Assembly: GCA_050575255.1 (NCBI GenBank)
Contig: JBNZDD010013398.1
Span: forward strand, 163,360 to 227,359
DNA from: Harriotta raleighana
Taxonomy: Eukaryota
Direction: 5' to 3'
Length of the DNA stretch: 64,000 nt
A program made the translations under genes and the position numbers. The notes beneath the pieces are model-generated. The model made no database searches. It saw only the letters and a program-made list of their open reading frames with translations, and was not told where the DNA came from. Position 1 is the stretch's first letter. Every line of letters begins with the position of its first letter. Positions 24,461 to 36,010 of this stretch are shown one piece after another.

Positions 24461-24698
24461 GGGATTTGGTGACCATTTGTTTTTATTTGGTTTATTGTTT
24501 CCCCCCTAGATAGCGATCCGACAATCGACTAAGAAACGTATGTATTTGTAAATGATTACAATAAAAACAAGGATCTTATCAAGGTGCACTGGAACATTAT
24601 TTGTATCCAAGGGAGTTCGGGGTTGCACAGCGATGGTCTTTGCGGTTTACGGTATGTATCATCACTTTGGAAGCAGTCTCGCTTTAAGAAACGCACAG

Positions 24699-24740
24699 TG
24701 CAGTTATTGGTCGGGACTCGTTGTGTCGCTGTCCGCCAAT
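24699..24740 (+). promoter_or_regulatory. CSE promoter element
   Basis: tgcagttattggtcgggactcgttgtgtcgctgtccgccaat. Confidence 0.88.
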
Positions 24741-25009
24741 AAGGAGCAGAAATATTATGAGAGAGATCTATCCACCCCTCCCATTTCGTCAGACGCAGAA
24801 CAGAATCGAAGGAGAAGGCTGCGCAGTGTCTCGGTTAATAGTGAATGTGGGGCCCTGATCAGGAAACAACTCTGGGGGGTGCGGTGCGTATATTTGGATT
24901 ATTCCGTGTAAAATCGAGACCAAGGTACATTTTTGTGGAAGTACTTTGTTCCCGGGACAATCACTGGAGTAACACATTCTGTGTATGGAATTAAATAGAA
25001 GAATCAACA

Positions 25010-27472
25010 ATGGCGAATCCACGGAGCGGCTGGACATCCACATGCAAGGTCGTGCGTTTTATTTTCCTGCTTTGTGTCTCGGACCTGACATCTGCACAGA
25101 TTCGCTACTCGATTCCCGAGGAGCAGGAGCGCGGCGTCGCTGTTGGGAATATCGCGGAGGATTTGGGATTGAACAGCCGGGAATTGCCTGCTCGGAAATG
25201 TCGTCTCGTCTCTCAAGACGGAAAGCAATACTTCGGGATCAATATGGAGAACGGGATTTTATTTGTGACCGAAAGAATCGACAGGGAGCAGCTATGTGGA
25301 GAGAGCTCCATCTGTGCCCTTTCTTTTGAGGTAAGAATCGAAAATCCTACGGAGACACATCGTGTTGAAATAGAGATATCGGACATCAACGATAACCCAC
25401 CGGCTTTCCCAAAGAGCGTGTTAGCTTTGGAAATCGCCGAGTTAATCGCACCTGGAACGCGCTTCCCTCTCGAGAGCGCGCACGATCCCGACGTGGGCGC
25501 GAACACAGTCAACGATTATCAGCTCAGTTCAAATGAACACTTCGGGCTGAAAGTACAGACGAGAAGTAGCGGCAATAAAATTGTCGAGTTGCTCTTAGAG
25601 AAGCCATTGGACCGGGAACAGCAGTCAACCTTTCATCTCAGGTTAACTGCCTTTGATGGTGGAAGCCCAAAGAGATCAGGCACAGTTGAAATCATCATCA
25701 CTATAGGGGACATAAATGACAATGCGCCTGAGTTTGAACACGAGATATACAGAACCGATTTATTGGAAAACGCACCCAAGGGTACCTTGGTGATCAAAGT
25801 CAATGCGGGAGATTCAGACCAAGGCACAAATGCCGAGCTGACATATTCTTTCAGTAAACACGCCTCACGACAAGTGCGGCAGTTGTTCAGTGTGGACCCG
25901 GACACCGGAGAGATACGAGTCCAAGGAGAGCTGGATTTTGAAAAGTCAAATATTTATGAAATTGATGTGCAGGCAGTGGATCACGGCACACCCAGGATGG
26001 CGGGGCAATCCAGTGTTCTGGTCAGACTGACTGATGTGAACGACAACAGCCCCGAGATACAACTGACCTCAGTCTCCAACACGGTAGAGGAAGAGGCTGC
26101 CCCGGGGACGGTGATCGCTGCGATCAGTGTGACCGACCTTGATTCCGGCAAAAACGGGGAGATTCATTGTCAGATTCCTAAAAACATACCCTTTCGGCTC
26201 CAAATATCCCCAGACAATCACTACAAGTTAGTCACAAGCGAGAGACTGGACCGTGAGAAAGTGGACAGATATAACATCAACATATTTGCCTGGGATTCGG
26301 GGTCTCCCCCGCTTTCTACCAATAAAACTATCAACGTATTTGTGTCTGATATCAATGACAACTCGCCCCGGTTTGAGCAGCACTCATACACCGCATATTT
26401 GATGGAGAATAACGCTCCGGGTGACTCCATTCTATCAGTTAGAGCTTTTGATCCCGATTCAGACCAGAATTCCTACGTCTCCTATTCCATCCAGGAGAAT
26501 CACATGCAGGATATGATGTCCTTTCGTTACATCAGCGTTGACTCCAAAAGTGGGAACGTTTACGCGCTGCGATCCTTTGATTACGAACAGCTCAAAAACT
26601 TTCAGCTCCAAGTGCAGGCGCGGGATTCCGGGTCCCCGCCACTGAGCAGCAGCGCCGCAGTCAATGTGATTATATTGGATCAAAATGACAACGCTCCCGT
26701 GGTGGTTTCCCCTGTAACCCGGAACGGATCAGCAACGGTGGATCCGGTGCCTCAGTCGGCACCTGCAGGATATTTGGTGACCAAGGTAATAGCGACTGAT
26801 GCTGATTCTGGTCAGAACGCACGGCTTTCATACCACCTGGTTAAATCTAGTGACTCCAGTCTATTCGCTGTGGCACTGCACTCTGGAGAAATTCGGTTAG
26901 TCCGAAGTATACTTGACAATGATGCCCCCATTCAAAGTTGCGTCATCATCATTACAGACAATGGACAACCCCGATTCTCTGCCACAGTGACCATCGGTTT
27001 CTCAATCGTTGCTAATGTGACCGGAAACGATTTGAAACGCAACATGGTCCTGAACAAGACTGAACGTTTCTCTGACCTGAATTTGTATTTGATCATTCTC
27101 TTTGGCACCACTTCGTTTCTGTTTCTGCTGATTATTATGATACTAGTTGCCCTGAAATGCCACCAAGACAGCAGCATTGGTCGTGGGTATGATTCAGGCA
27201 TCTGCTGTTATAGCAGGAATGTGTCAAGGGATCAGTTTACTCGGAGGACAACGGCAAGAGAATCCGTGCATTATCCAGGAATAAGAGAAAGTGACGCTGT
27301 CCCTGACATGTACAATTACAGATTTTCTCTCTCCCCGGAGTCAGCTAAAAGCGACTTTCTTTTTCTCAAAAGCTACAATTCCACGTCACCCCAGAACGCC
27401 CTCAAGATCACAGACATCAACGTGGTGAAGGAATTTGACCAGCAATTCAATTCGGTGGTGAAAAGGCAATAA
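25010..27472 (+). CDS. Clustered protocadherin variable-type exon
   Basis: 820-aa ORF, full architecture. Confidence 0.95.
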   Translation: MANPRSGWTSTCKVVRFIFLLCVSDLTSAQIRYSIPEEQERGVAVGNIAEDLGLNSRELPARKCRLVSQDGKQYFGINMENGILFVTERIDREQLCGESSICALSFEVRIENPTETHRVEIEISDINDNPPAFPKSVLALEIAELIAPGTRFPLESAHDPDVGANTVNDYQLSSNEHFGLKVQTRSSGNKIVELLLEKPLDREQQSTFHLRLTAFDGGSPKRSGTVEIIITIGDINDNAPEFEHEIYRTDLLENAPKGTLVIKVNAGDSDQGTNAELTYSFSKHASRQVRQLFSVDPDTGEIRVQGELDFEKSNIYEIDVQAVDHGTPRMAGQSSVLVRLTDVNDNSPEIQLTSVSNTVEEEAAPGTVIAAISVTDLDSGKNGEIHCQIPKNIPFRLQISPDNHYKLVTSERLDREKVDRYNINIFAWDSGSPPLSTNKTINVFVSDINDNSPRFEQHSYTAYLMENNAPGDSILSVRAFDPDSDQNSYVSYSIQENHMQDMMSFRYISVDSKSGNVYALRSFDYEQLKNFQLQVQARDSGSPPLSSSAAVNVIILDQNDNAPVVVSPVTRNGSATVDPVPQSAPAGYLVTKVIATDADSGQNARLSYHLVKSSDSSLFAVALHSGEIRLVRSILDNDAPIQSCVIIITDNGQPRFSATVTIGFSIVANVTGNDLKRNMVLNKTERFSDLNLYLIILFGTTSFLFLLIIMILVALKCHQDSSIGRGYDSGICCYSRNVSRDQFTRRTTARESVHYPGIRESDAVPDMYNYRFSLSPESAKSDFLFLKSYNSTSPQNALKITDINVVKEFDQQFNSVVKRQ

Positions 27473-29070
27473 CTTAATTTGAGAAGGTGAGGCACTCAAT
27501 TAAACAACGGGCTGTCCATTGGTGCAGAGAGGCTCAGAACTAATGTGACAGACACGAATAGAGCCATGGAGCAGGACCGGTGGACATATATAAATATTTG
27601 CACAATCATTATTGTAAAGTGAATATTATACTTAACAAAGTGAGTATAATATAACAATGTGTTTTCTATTTGAAGCGGGCAAAGCAATCGACAAGCATTC
27701 CAAGGTCAGCTCTAGACACCAGTTAGCTCGACTGCAGTTTAAATACTTTGAGTGAACAGTTTGAACTTGTGGTTGAAAAGTCAGAATATAATATTGTTAT
27801 CTGCAGGACTGTCTAGGTGCCAGACTCGGTGTTTACTTTCACCACAACATTTTAACTGTTTGTGGATTAGAACAACAAAGCAAATTACACTTGTATAGTG
27901 ACCTTCCTGTGAAAAGGTGTCGCAGGATGCTGGACAATACACGCTAAAGTATTAAAAAATAACAGTGAGTTTTGCTTTCCTCTGTATTCGATATATTCCT
28001 GCAAGCTGTGGCCATCTATAATTATTTGAGCATCAAGTCATCAGTTCTCATCCCCAATTTGATGCTACTTATTAAGAAAGAATCTCTAACGTTGTATTTC
28101 AAATTTTATTTAATAACATTTGCAGTGATGCTTCTGCCACCAAAGACGTGCCATTAGCTGGTGAATATTCGCAACAGTTTTGCAATGGATAGTTTGTTAA
28201 TTTCCACAGGACATTTCTTCCCCTCTTTTCCAACATTTTACTAATAACTTCATTTCCCTTTCTTGCAGGAGAATAAACCATATCGATCAAGAAAATGTTC
28301 TCGTATTTACTCCAGGGGATTTATGTGGACCTTGTGGTTTTTTTTCCAATATTCTATCAATCCACCCATACCTTCAATGGGTTTCACTTACTATCTTTAC
28401 AAAACATGTTCTGATTTCTTATGGCATGAAGTGTATTGTGTATTGATGTCCTAAAGTCTCTAGACTTACCCAAGGGAATGTCAATATTTCTAACTGAATA
28501 TTTACCAAATAATGTCAATTCAATAAATCACTTTTTTTGTTCATATTCGCAGTGTGGCTGTCTCTAACTGTCTTGGTAAACATTAGGCGTAATTCGGGGA
28601 CACCAGAGAGTGTTTTGGAGGTACTTCTGTGGTTTAATCAGGTAAGAAAGCAGGTGGCTTGCCAGTGGGCACACTGTCCAGTCAGCTTGTTTCTGCTCTT
28701 TCAGATGAGATAATCCTACCTTTAGGCCTTCAGTTTTGCAAGGATCACAGGAGTTGAGTGAGAAGCACCAGGGTGCTTTTGTGCTCCCACTCACTACAGT
28801 GCGACAATACAGTGATCCAAATCATAAGATATTAATTTAATTCAAATACAAAGAACCAGTTAAATGGATTCCAACTGCCTATTTATAGCAGCAGAAAAGT
28901 TAGTTAAGAATAAAGCCCATCTGGAGCATAACCATGGAGTTTCTGACACCGTCACACAAAGCTATCACATTTTTGGAGATATTTTCCTTCGAGGCATAAA
29001 CCAAGAAGGTTTATTGATTCATTGGTAGGTATTATGACTTGCCTGCAATTCAGCTTTAAGGAAAGCTTAA

Positions 29071-29112
29071 TGCAGTTATTGGTTGAGGCTCTTCGTGTCG
29101 CTGTCTACCAAT
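29071..29112 (+). promoter_or_regulatory. CSE promoter element
   Basis: tgcagttattggttgaggctcttcgtgtcgctgtctaccaat. Confidence 0.88.
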
Positions 29113-29384
29113 AAGGAGCTCCTACGTTTAAGAGATCTACCCTGCCCCCTCCCCCATCATAAAAGGCAGATCACGCGCACAGAGAAAGACACAGAATGCC
29201 TGCGTTTGGGAAGGGTAGCCATGTTCAGAGAGGCAGAACTCGATTTATTTGAATGCTAGTCTTTGATATTGATACATGCACGCATTCATCTACCCGTCTA
29301 TTGTTCTCACAAACAACTGGGTGTAAGTAAAAAGAGGATTGTGTTTAATATAACAGAGCACCAGGAAATTAAAAAATCACAACA

Positions 29385-31790
29385 ATGGCGAACGCGCTCA
29401 GCTGCAGCCAGTCTCTCGTTTTGCTGCTTGTGCTCTGGGACCTTGTATCCGGCGAAATACACTACTCTATTCCCGAGGAGATGGCTCACGGCGCCTTTGT
29501 GGGGAACCTTGTGAAAGATTTAGGACTAAACGTTCGGGTTTTGGCGGATCGGAAATTCCGCCTGGTCTCCGATGACAGAAAGCAATATCTGAAGGTAAAT
29601 TTTGAGAATGGTTTTTTGTTTGTGAATGAAAGAATCGATAGGGAACAGCTATGTGGGCAAAGCTCTACCTGCTCGCTATCCTTTGAAGTCGCGGTTGAGA
29701 ATCCGATGGAAATATATCGCGTGGAAGTGGAGGTCGTGGACATTAATGACAATTCTCCCGGATTTCTGAAAAGCGGTGCCTACTTGGAGATCAGCGAATT
29801 AATTCTTCCGGGAGCTCGCTTTCCCCTCGAGAGCGCGCACGATCCGGACGTGGGTATCAACACAATCAGCTCTTACCAAATTAGTTCGAACGAATTCTTC
29901 GGGCTAAACGTACAGGCGAGAAATGATGGTACTAAAATTGTCGAGTTATTGTTGGAAAAGGCTTTGGATCGGGAGCAACAGCCATCTCTTCAGCTGGTCC
30001 TGACGGCAATTGACGGTGGGAACCCGCACAGATCTGGCACCGCTGAGATTAGTATTAAGGTACTGGATGCCAATGATAATGCACCCGTATTCAATCATGA
30101 AATCTACAGGGCAAGCGTCCCAGAAAACGCACCAAAGGGGACATTAGTAACACAAATTAATGCTATCGATTCGGACGCGGGTACCAATGCTGAGATAAAA
30201 TATACGTTCTCCAAACATTCCGCCGAAAGGGGGCGCCAGGTTTTCGGGTTGGATTCGGAAACTGGTGAAATAAAAGTGCAAGGAGTGCTGGATTTTGAGG
30301 ACGCAAATGTTTACGAACTTTATGTACAAGCGACAGACAACGGCACACCTCCCATGGCGGGTCATGCCAAAGCTGTTGTCAAACTACTCGATGTGAATGA
30401 TAACGCCCCTGAAATAAAATTAAGTTCGGTCACCAACATGATCCCGGAAGATGCCAAACCCGGGACTATCGTGGCTTCTATAACTGTTAACGATGTCGAT
30501 TCCGGAGAAAACGGACAGGTCCGCTGCCAGTTGACGACAAACATTCCTTTTAAACTTCAAAAGATTCAAATGAATCAATACTCGTTGACGATGGGTGACA
30601 AGTTGGACCGCGAAAAGCAACCTTCATACAACATCACCATTCTAGCCTGGGATGGAGGAACTCCACCGCTGTCAGCAAACAGAACTATATGGATGACGGT
30701 TTCTGATGTGAATGACAACGCTCCTGAGTTCACGCAATCTTCCTATAACGTGTATCTGATGGAGAACAACACTCCCGGGGCCTCCATATTTGCAGTGACC
30801 GCTTCAGACCTCGATATGGACCAGAATGGGGAAGTCTCCTATTCCGTTGTAGAGAACCAGATACAAGACGTGTCAGCCACAGCTTACATCAGTATCAGCT
30901 CCAACAGCGGGAACATTTACGGGCTGCGCTCCTTTGACTACGAACAACTAAAGCATTTCCAGATCAAAGTTCAAGCCGAGGATGGTGGGTATCCCCCAAT
31001 GAGCAGTGTTGCCATCGTGAGTGTTATAATCCTGGATCAAAATGACAATGCACCATTTATTGTATCACCTGTAACACGGAATAACTCAACAGCAGTGGAA
31101 ATACCATTACGGTCAACATACCCAGGTTATTTAGTCACTAATGTGTTGGCCACTGATGCAGATTCTGGTCAGAACGCACGGCTTTCCTATCAGCTGTTGG
31201 ACACCACTGATCTGAGTCTGTTCAGTGTGGGGCTGCTCAATGGCGAGATCAGAACAATGAGAAGGTTGTTGGAGGAAGACGCCCCCAAACAAAGTCTGAT
31301 CATTTTGGTGAAGGACAATGGACAGCCCAGCCTGTCCAGCACGACCATTGTCCACTTCTCACTCCTATCAAATGTCACTGACATTGGGCCTGAACCAAGT
31401 GACCGATCCAAAATTCGAGACAATTTTTCGCATCTAAATCTTTACGCAATCGTCGGTTTAGGATCAACGTCCTTTGTGTTACTTGCCACTATAATACTAT
31501 TGGTTGCCATCAAGTGTAAACAAGACAGAAACATCACTGTAGGATACAGCTCAACAGTTTGTTTTTGTTTGGGTCAGGAGATTACTGAGGATAATTTTAA
31601 ACGAAGGTCTGCACCACATGAAGCTGCACATTATTCTGGAGTTGGAGCTGAACCTTACCATTACAGTATTTGCTTATCTCCAGAGTCATCCAAGAGCGAA
31701 TTTCTTTACCTAAAGCCGTACACTGCCACCTTGCCATATAGTGATGTCAGTGTTAACAACACAACCGCCAGACACGAATTTAAACAGTAA
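29385..31790 (+). CDS. Clustered protocadherin variable-type exon (first member of the ARHEFKQ-ending subfamily)
   Basis: 801-aa ORF, full architecture. Confidence 0.95.
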   Translation: MANALSCSQSLVLLLVLWDLVSGEIHYSIPEEMAHGAFVGNLVKDLGLNVRVLADRKFRLVSDDRKQYLKVNFENGFLFVNERIDREQLCGQSSTCSLSFEVAVENPMEIYRVEVEVVDINDNSPGFLKSGAYLEISELILPGARFPLESAHDPDVGINTISSYQISSNEFFGLNVQARNDGTKIVELLLEKALDREQQPSLQLVLTAIDGGNPHRSGTAEISIKVLDANDNAPVFNHEIYRASVPENAPKGTLVTQINAIDSDAGTNAEIKYTFSKHSAERGRQVFGLDSETGEIKVQGVLDFEDANVYELYVQATDNGTPPMAGHAKAVVKLLDVNDNAPEIKLSSVTNMIPEDAKPGTIVASITVNDVDSGENGQVRCQLTTNIPFKLQKIQMNQYSLTMGDKLDREKQPSYNITILAWDGGTPPLSANRTIWMTVSDVNDNAPEFTQSSYNVYLMENNTPGASIFAVTASDLDMDQNGEVSYSVVENQIQDVSATAYISISSNSGNIYGLRSFDYEQLKHFQIKVQAEDGGYPPMSSVAIVSVIILDQNDNAPFIVSPVTRNNSTAVEIPLRSTYPGYLVTNVLATDADSGQNARLSYQLLDTTDLSLFSVGLLNGEIRTMRRLLEEDAPKQSLIILVKDNGQPSLSSTTIVHFSLLSNVTDIGPEPSDRSKIRDNFSHLNLYAIVGLGSTSFVLLATIILLVAIKCKQDRNITVGYSSTVCFCLGQEITEDNFKRRSAPHEAAHYSGVGAEPYHYSICLSPESSKSEFLYLKPYTATLPYSDVSVNNTTARHEFKQ

Positions 31791-32328
31791 ATTGTTAAAG
31801 AAAGTGACGGCTATTTACTACCGCAAAAAAGAATCATATTCATGGTAGCTTGGTGTACCTTTGGGCGTGCGTAAAGCGCAACCTGATACTGATATCTGTT
31901 ATAGTAGGCCTAAAATTTTAAGCATTTCTCCTGTCCGTATGAGTGCTGTGAATAATATTATCAACCTATATTTCTTGGGATTTTCAATGCTTTCCATTGA
32001 ATATGGATGCTGTTAACCTGACTGAAAGCTGTTTTTCGCAATCATTGTATATGCCACAGTTTCCTCGCATGCCACAACCTCGAGATTGAATATCTGCCAT
32101 GAGATAAAAATAGTAAAGAGTCATGGAGAGTGGATTGTTTCACGAATATCGATGACTATTAGTAAGTGTTTGTATAGTGATATGAAAAAAGTTCCACCTG
32201 TACGTTTATGTTTCAGTATTGTTATTACTTTCGTGTTCACCTTATAAGTAATTATCCAAAACTTTACCGGAGAAAAACGTTTTTTGGAACATATAATAAA
32301 TATCAGTCCAGCTTTAAGAACAGTGTAA

Positions 32329-32370
32329 TGTAGTTATTGGTTGGGACTCTTCGTGTCGCTGTGTACCAAT
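32329..32370 (+). promoter_or_regulatory. CSE promoter element
   Basis: tgtagttattggttgggactcttcgtgtcgctgtgtaccaat. Confidence 0.88.
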
Positions 32371-32608
32371 GAGGAGCCGAGACGTTGGCGGCGATCTACC
32401 CCCCTCCCCCACCACAAAAGGCTGAAGAGAATCGCAGCGAAACACAACAGTGCTGCGTTTGCGCCGCGGAGACATTTCAGAAAGGCAGATTTAGCGGTGT
32501 TCAAGGTTCCACACTAATATCAGTATTACATCGCTTAAAAATATACATGTTTAGTTGAACAAGAAGCGCAAACGCTGTTGGGAACAAAGAAAATCGTACC
32601 GAGGAAGA

Positions 32609-35189
32609 ATGGCGAATACGCTCAGCTGCGGGCCGCCTTTCGTTTTGCTGTTGTTTGTCTCGGACCTGGTATCTGGACAAACTCACTACTCGATTCCAGA
32701 AGAACTGGATCAAGGCGCCTTTGTTGGGAATATCGTTAGAGATTTAGGATTAAATGTTGGAAAATTGTCGGCTCGCAAGTTCCGGCTGGTGTCTGATGAC
32801 AGCCATCAGTATCTGAAGGTAAATTTTGAAAATGGTATTTTATTTGTGAATGAAAGAATCGACAGAGAAAAGCTGTGTGGACAGAGCCCGACCTGTTCCC
32901 TTTCCTTTGAAGCAGCGGTCGACAATCCTTTGGAAATGCATCATATTGACGTACAGATTTTGGATATTAATGATAATTCCCCTACATTTCGGAGGAGAGA
33001 ATATTCTTTGCAAGTGAGTGAAGTAATTGCGCCAGGAGCGAGCTTCCCTCTCGAGAGCGCGCATGACTCAGACGTGGGTACGAACACAATCAGTTCTTAT
33101 GAAATCAGCGCTAACGATTATTTCGGCCTGAAGGTGCAGACCAGAAACGATGGTCGTAAAATAGTGGAGTTATTGTTAGAGAAGGCTTTGGATCGCGAAT
33201 TGGAGTCAAAGATTCATCTCGTCCTGACAGCCATCGATGGTGGTAACCCTCAGAGGTCTGGCACAGCTGAGATAAGTATTGCCGTTCTAGACTTTAATGA
33301 CAATGTACCCGTTTTCAATCATGATATGTACAGGGCAAATGTACGTGAAGATGCAACGAATGGGACGTTAGTGATTCAAATAAACGCAGTTGATTTAGAC
33401 GAGGGCTCAGCTGCTGCAATAAAATATAGCTTTTCCAGTCATTCATCCGAAAGAGGGCGCGAGCATTTCAAGGTGGAATCGGAAACTGGTAAGATAAAAG
33501 TTCGTGGAGCGCTGGATTACGAGGGGTCAAATGCTTATGAGCTTTATGTACAAGCCACAGACAATGGAGCTCCTCCGATGGTAGGACATGTCAAAGTGGT
33601 CATAAAAGTAACGGATGTGAACGACAATACGCCAGAGATAAAACTCAGCTCGATAGCGCGTGTAGTTCCAGAGGATGCTGCACTGGGAACTGTTGTTGCT
33701 TTGATAAGTGTATCGGATCGTGATTCTGCAGAAAACGGAAAAGTTCGCTGTGTGGTGCCTATAAATATTCCATTTAAACTTCAAACCTTTCCAAACAACC
33801 AGTACAAATTGGTTGTGGGCGAGGCGTTGGATCGAGAGAGAGAATCCTCTTACAACATTTCCATTCTAGCCTGGGATGGAGGAACCCCACCGCTGTCTGC
33901 AAACAGAACTATGTTGGTGACGGTTTCGGATGTGAATGACAACGCTCCAGAGTTCACACAATCTTCCTATAACGTGTATCTGATGGAGAACAACACTCCC
34001 GGGGCCTCCATATTTGCAGTGACAGCTATAGACCCCGATATGGACCAGAATGGGGAAGTCTCCTATTCTGTTGTGGAGAACCAGATCCAACACGTGTCAG
34101 CCACAGCTTACATCAGTATTAGCTCCAAAAGCGGGAACATTTACGCGCTGCGCTCCTTTGATTACGAACAAATGAAGCATTTCCAGATCAGAGTTCAAGC
34201 CCAGGATGGTGGCTCTCCCCCAATGAGCCGTGTTGCAATCGTGAATGTTATAATCTTGGATCAAAATGACAATGCACCATTTATTGTATCACCTGTAACA
34301 CGGAATAACTCAACACCAGTGGAGATACCATTACGGTCAACATACCCAGGTTATTTAGTCACTAAGGTGTTGGCCACTGATGCAGATTCTGGCCAGAACG
34401 CACGGCTTTCCTGTCAGCTGTTGGATGCCACTGATCCGACTCTGTTCAGTGTGGGGCTGCTCACTGGGGAGATCAGAACACTGAGAAGGTTGTTGGAGGA
34501 AGACGCCCCCACACAGAGTTTGGTCATTTTGGTGAAGGACAATGGACAGCCCAGCCTGTCCAGCACGGCCACTGTCCTCTTCTCACTCCTATCAAATGTC
34601 ACTGACATTGGGCCTGATCCAAGCGACCGATCCAAAATTCGAGACAATTTTTCGCATCTAAATCTTTACGCAATCGTCGGTTTAGGATCAACGTCCTTTG
34701 TGTTACTTGCCACTATAATACTGTTGGTTGCCATCAAGTGTAAACAAGACAGAACCATCACTGAAGCATACAGCTCAACAGTTTGTTGTGTTTTGGGTCA
34801 GGGGATTACTGAGGATAATTTTAAACGAAGGCCTGCACCACATGAAGCTGTAAATTATTCTGGAGTTGGAGCTGAACGTTACCATTACAGTATTTGCTTA
34901 TCTCCAGAGTCATCCAAGAGCGAATTTCNCCATCACTGAAGCATACAGCTCAACAGTTTGTTGTGTTTTGGGTCAGGGGATTACTGAGGATAATTTTAAA
35001 CGAAGGCCTGCACCACATGAAGCTGTAAATTATTCTGGAGTTGGAGCTGAACCTTACCATTACAGTATTTGCTTATCTCCAGAGTCATCCAAGAGCGAAT
35101 TTCTTTACCTAAAGCCGTACACTGCCACCTTGCCGTATAGTGATGTCAGTGTTAACAACACAACCGCCAGACACGAATTTAAACAGTAA
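32609..35189 (+). CDS. Clustered protocadherin variable-type exon; 3' end interrupted by an assembly artefact at N34929
   Basis: ORF open from ATG 32609 to the N; removing the N plus one copy of the 174-bp duplication restores an 801-aa protein ending ARHEFKQ at 35189. Confidence 0.9.
34755..35103. repeat. 174-bp direct duplication flanking single N at 34929 (probable assembly overlap)
   Basis: 34755-34928 = 34930-35103 apart from one visible substitution (GAACGT vs GAACCT). Confidence 0.9.
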
Positions 35190-35726
35190 ATTGTTAACGG
35201 AAGTGACGGCTGTTTACTACCGCTAAAAAAAAAATCATATTTGTGGTATCGGTTTAAGTTTGGGCATGCGTAAAGAGCAACCTGATACTGATACTAGTTT
35301 TGGTAGTCGTAAAATGTTTATTATTTCTACTGTGCGTTTGAGTGCTGTGAATAGTATTATAAGTTGATACTGCTCAGCATTTTCAATGCTTTGCATTGTG
35401 TGTAGATTCTGTTAACCTAGTTGAAAGCTGTTTTTCGCAAATATTTTACATGCCACTGTTTACTCGCATGTTACAAATTCGAAGTTGAATATCTGACATG
35501 AAATTAAAAATACCGAGTAATGGACAGCAGTTTGTTTCTGGAATATCGATGACTAATAGTAATAGGCATAACTTGATATAAGTGAACTCTGAAACTTTAA
35601 TTTTATGATTAAGTAGTTTTAATACATTCGTATTTACATTGCAAAGTAAATAGAAAATCGTTGAGGTGAGAGAAATACATTTTTGCTAATGCAATAGATT
35701 TCAGTCTAGCTTGAACAAAAGTGCAA

Positions 35727-35768
35727 TGCAGTTATTGGTTGGGACTCTTCGTGTCGCTGTGTACCAAT
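35727..35768 (+). promoter_or_regulatory. CSE promoter element
   Basis: tgcagttattggttgggactcttcgtgtcgctgtgtaccaat. Confidence 0.88.
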
Positions 35769-36010
35769 GAGGAGCCGAGAGGTTGGCGGCGATCTACCCC
35801 CCTCCCCCACCACAAAATGCCGAAGAGAATCGCAGCGGAGAGCACAACAGTGCTGCGTTTGCGCCGCGGAGACATCTTCAGAAAGGCAGATCTAGCGGTG
35901 TTCAACGTTTCACGGTAATGTTAGTATTTTATCGCGTGGAACCGTATATTTTGTAGTTGATTAAGAAGCGGAAACGCTGTTGAGAACAAAGAAAATCGTA
36001 CCGAGGAAGA

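Noticed and set aside
5442-28950. Shared 15-mer agtttctgacaccgt (5442 and ~28938) and its loose RE1/REST resemblance
   Set aside because: A 15-mer match is expected by chance in 64 kb; too many mismatches to TTCAGCACCnnGGACAG
31320-31340. Palindrome GGACAG-cccagc-CTGTCC repeated in EC6
   Set aside because: Explained by GQPSLS codons plus homogenisation
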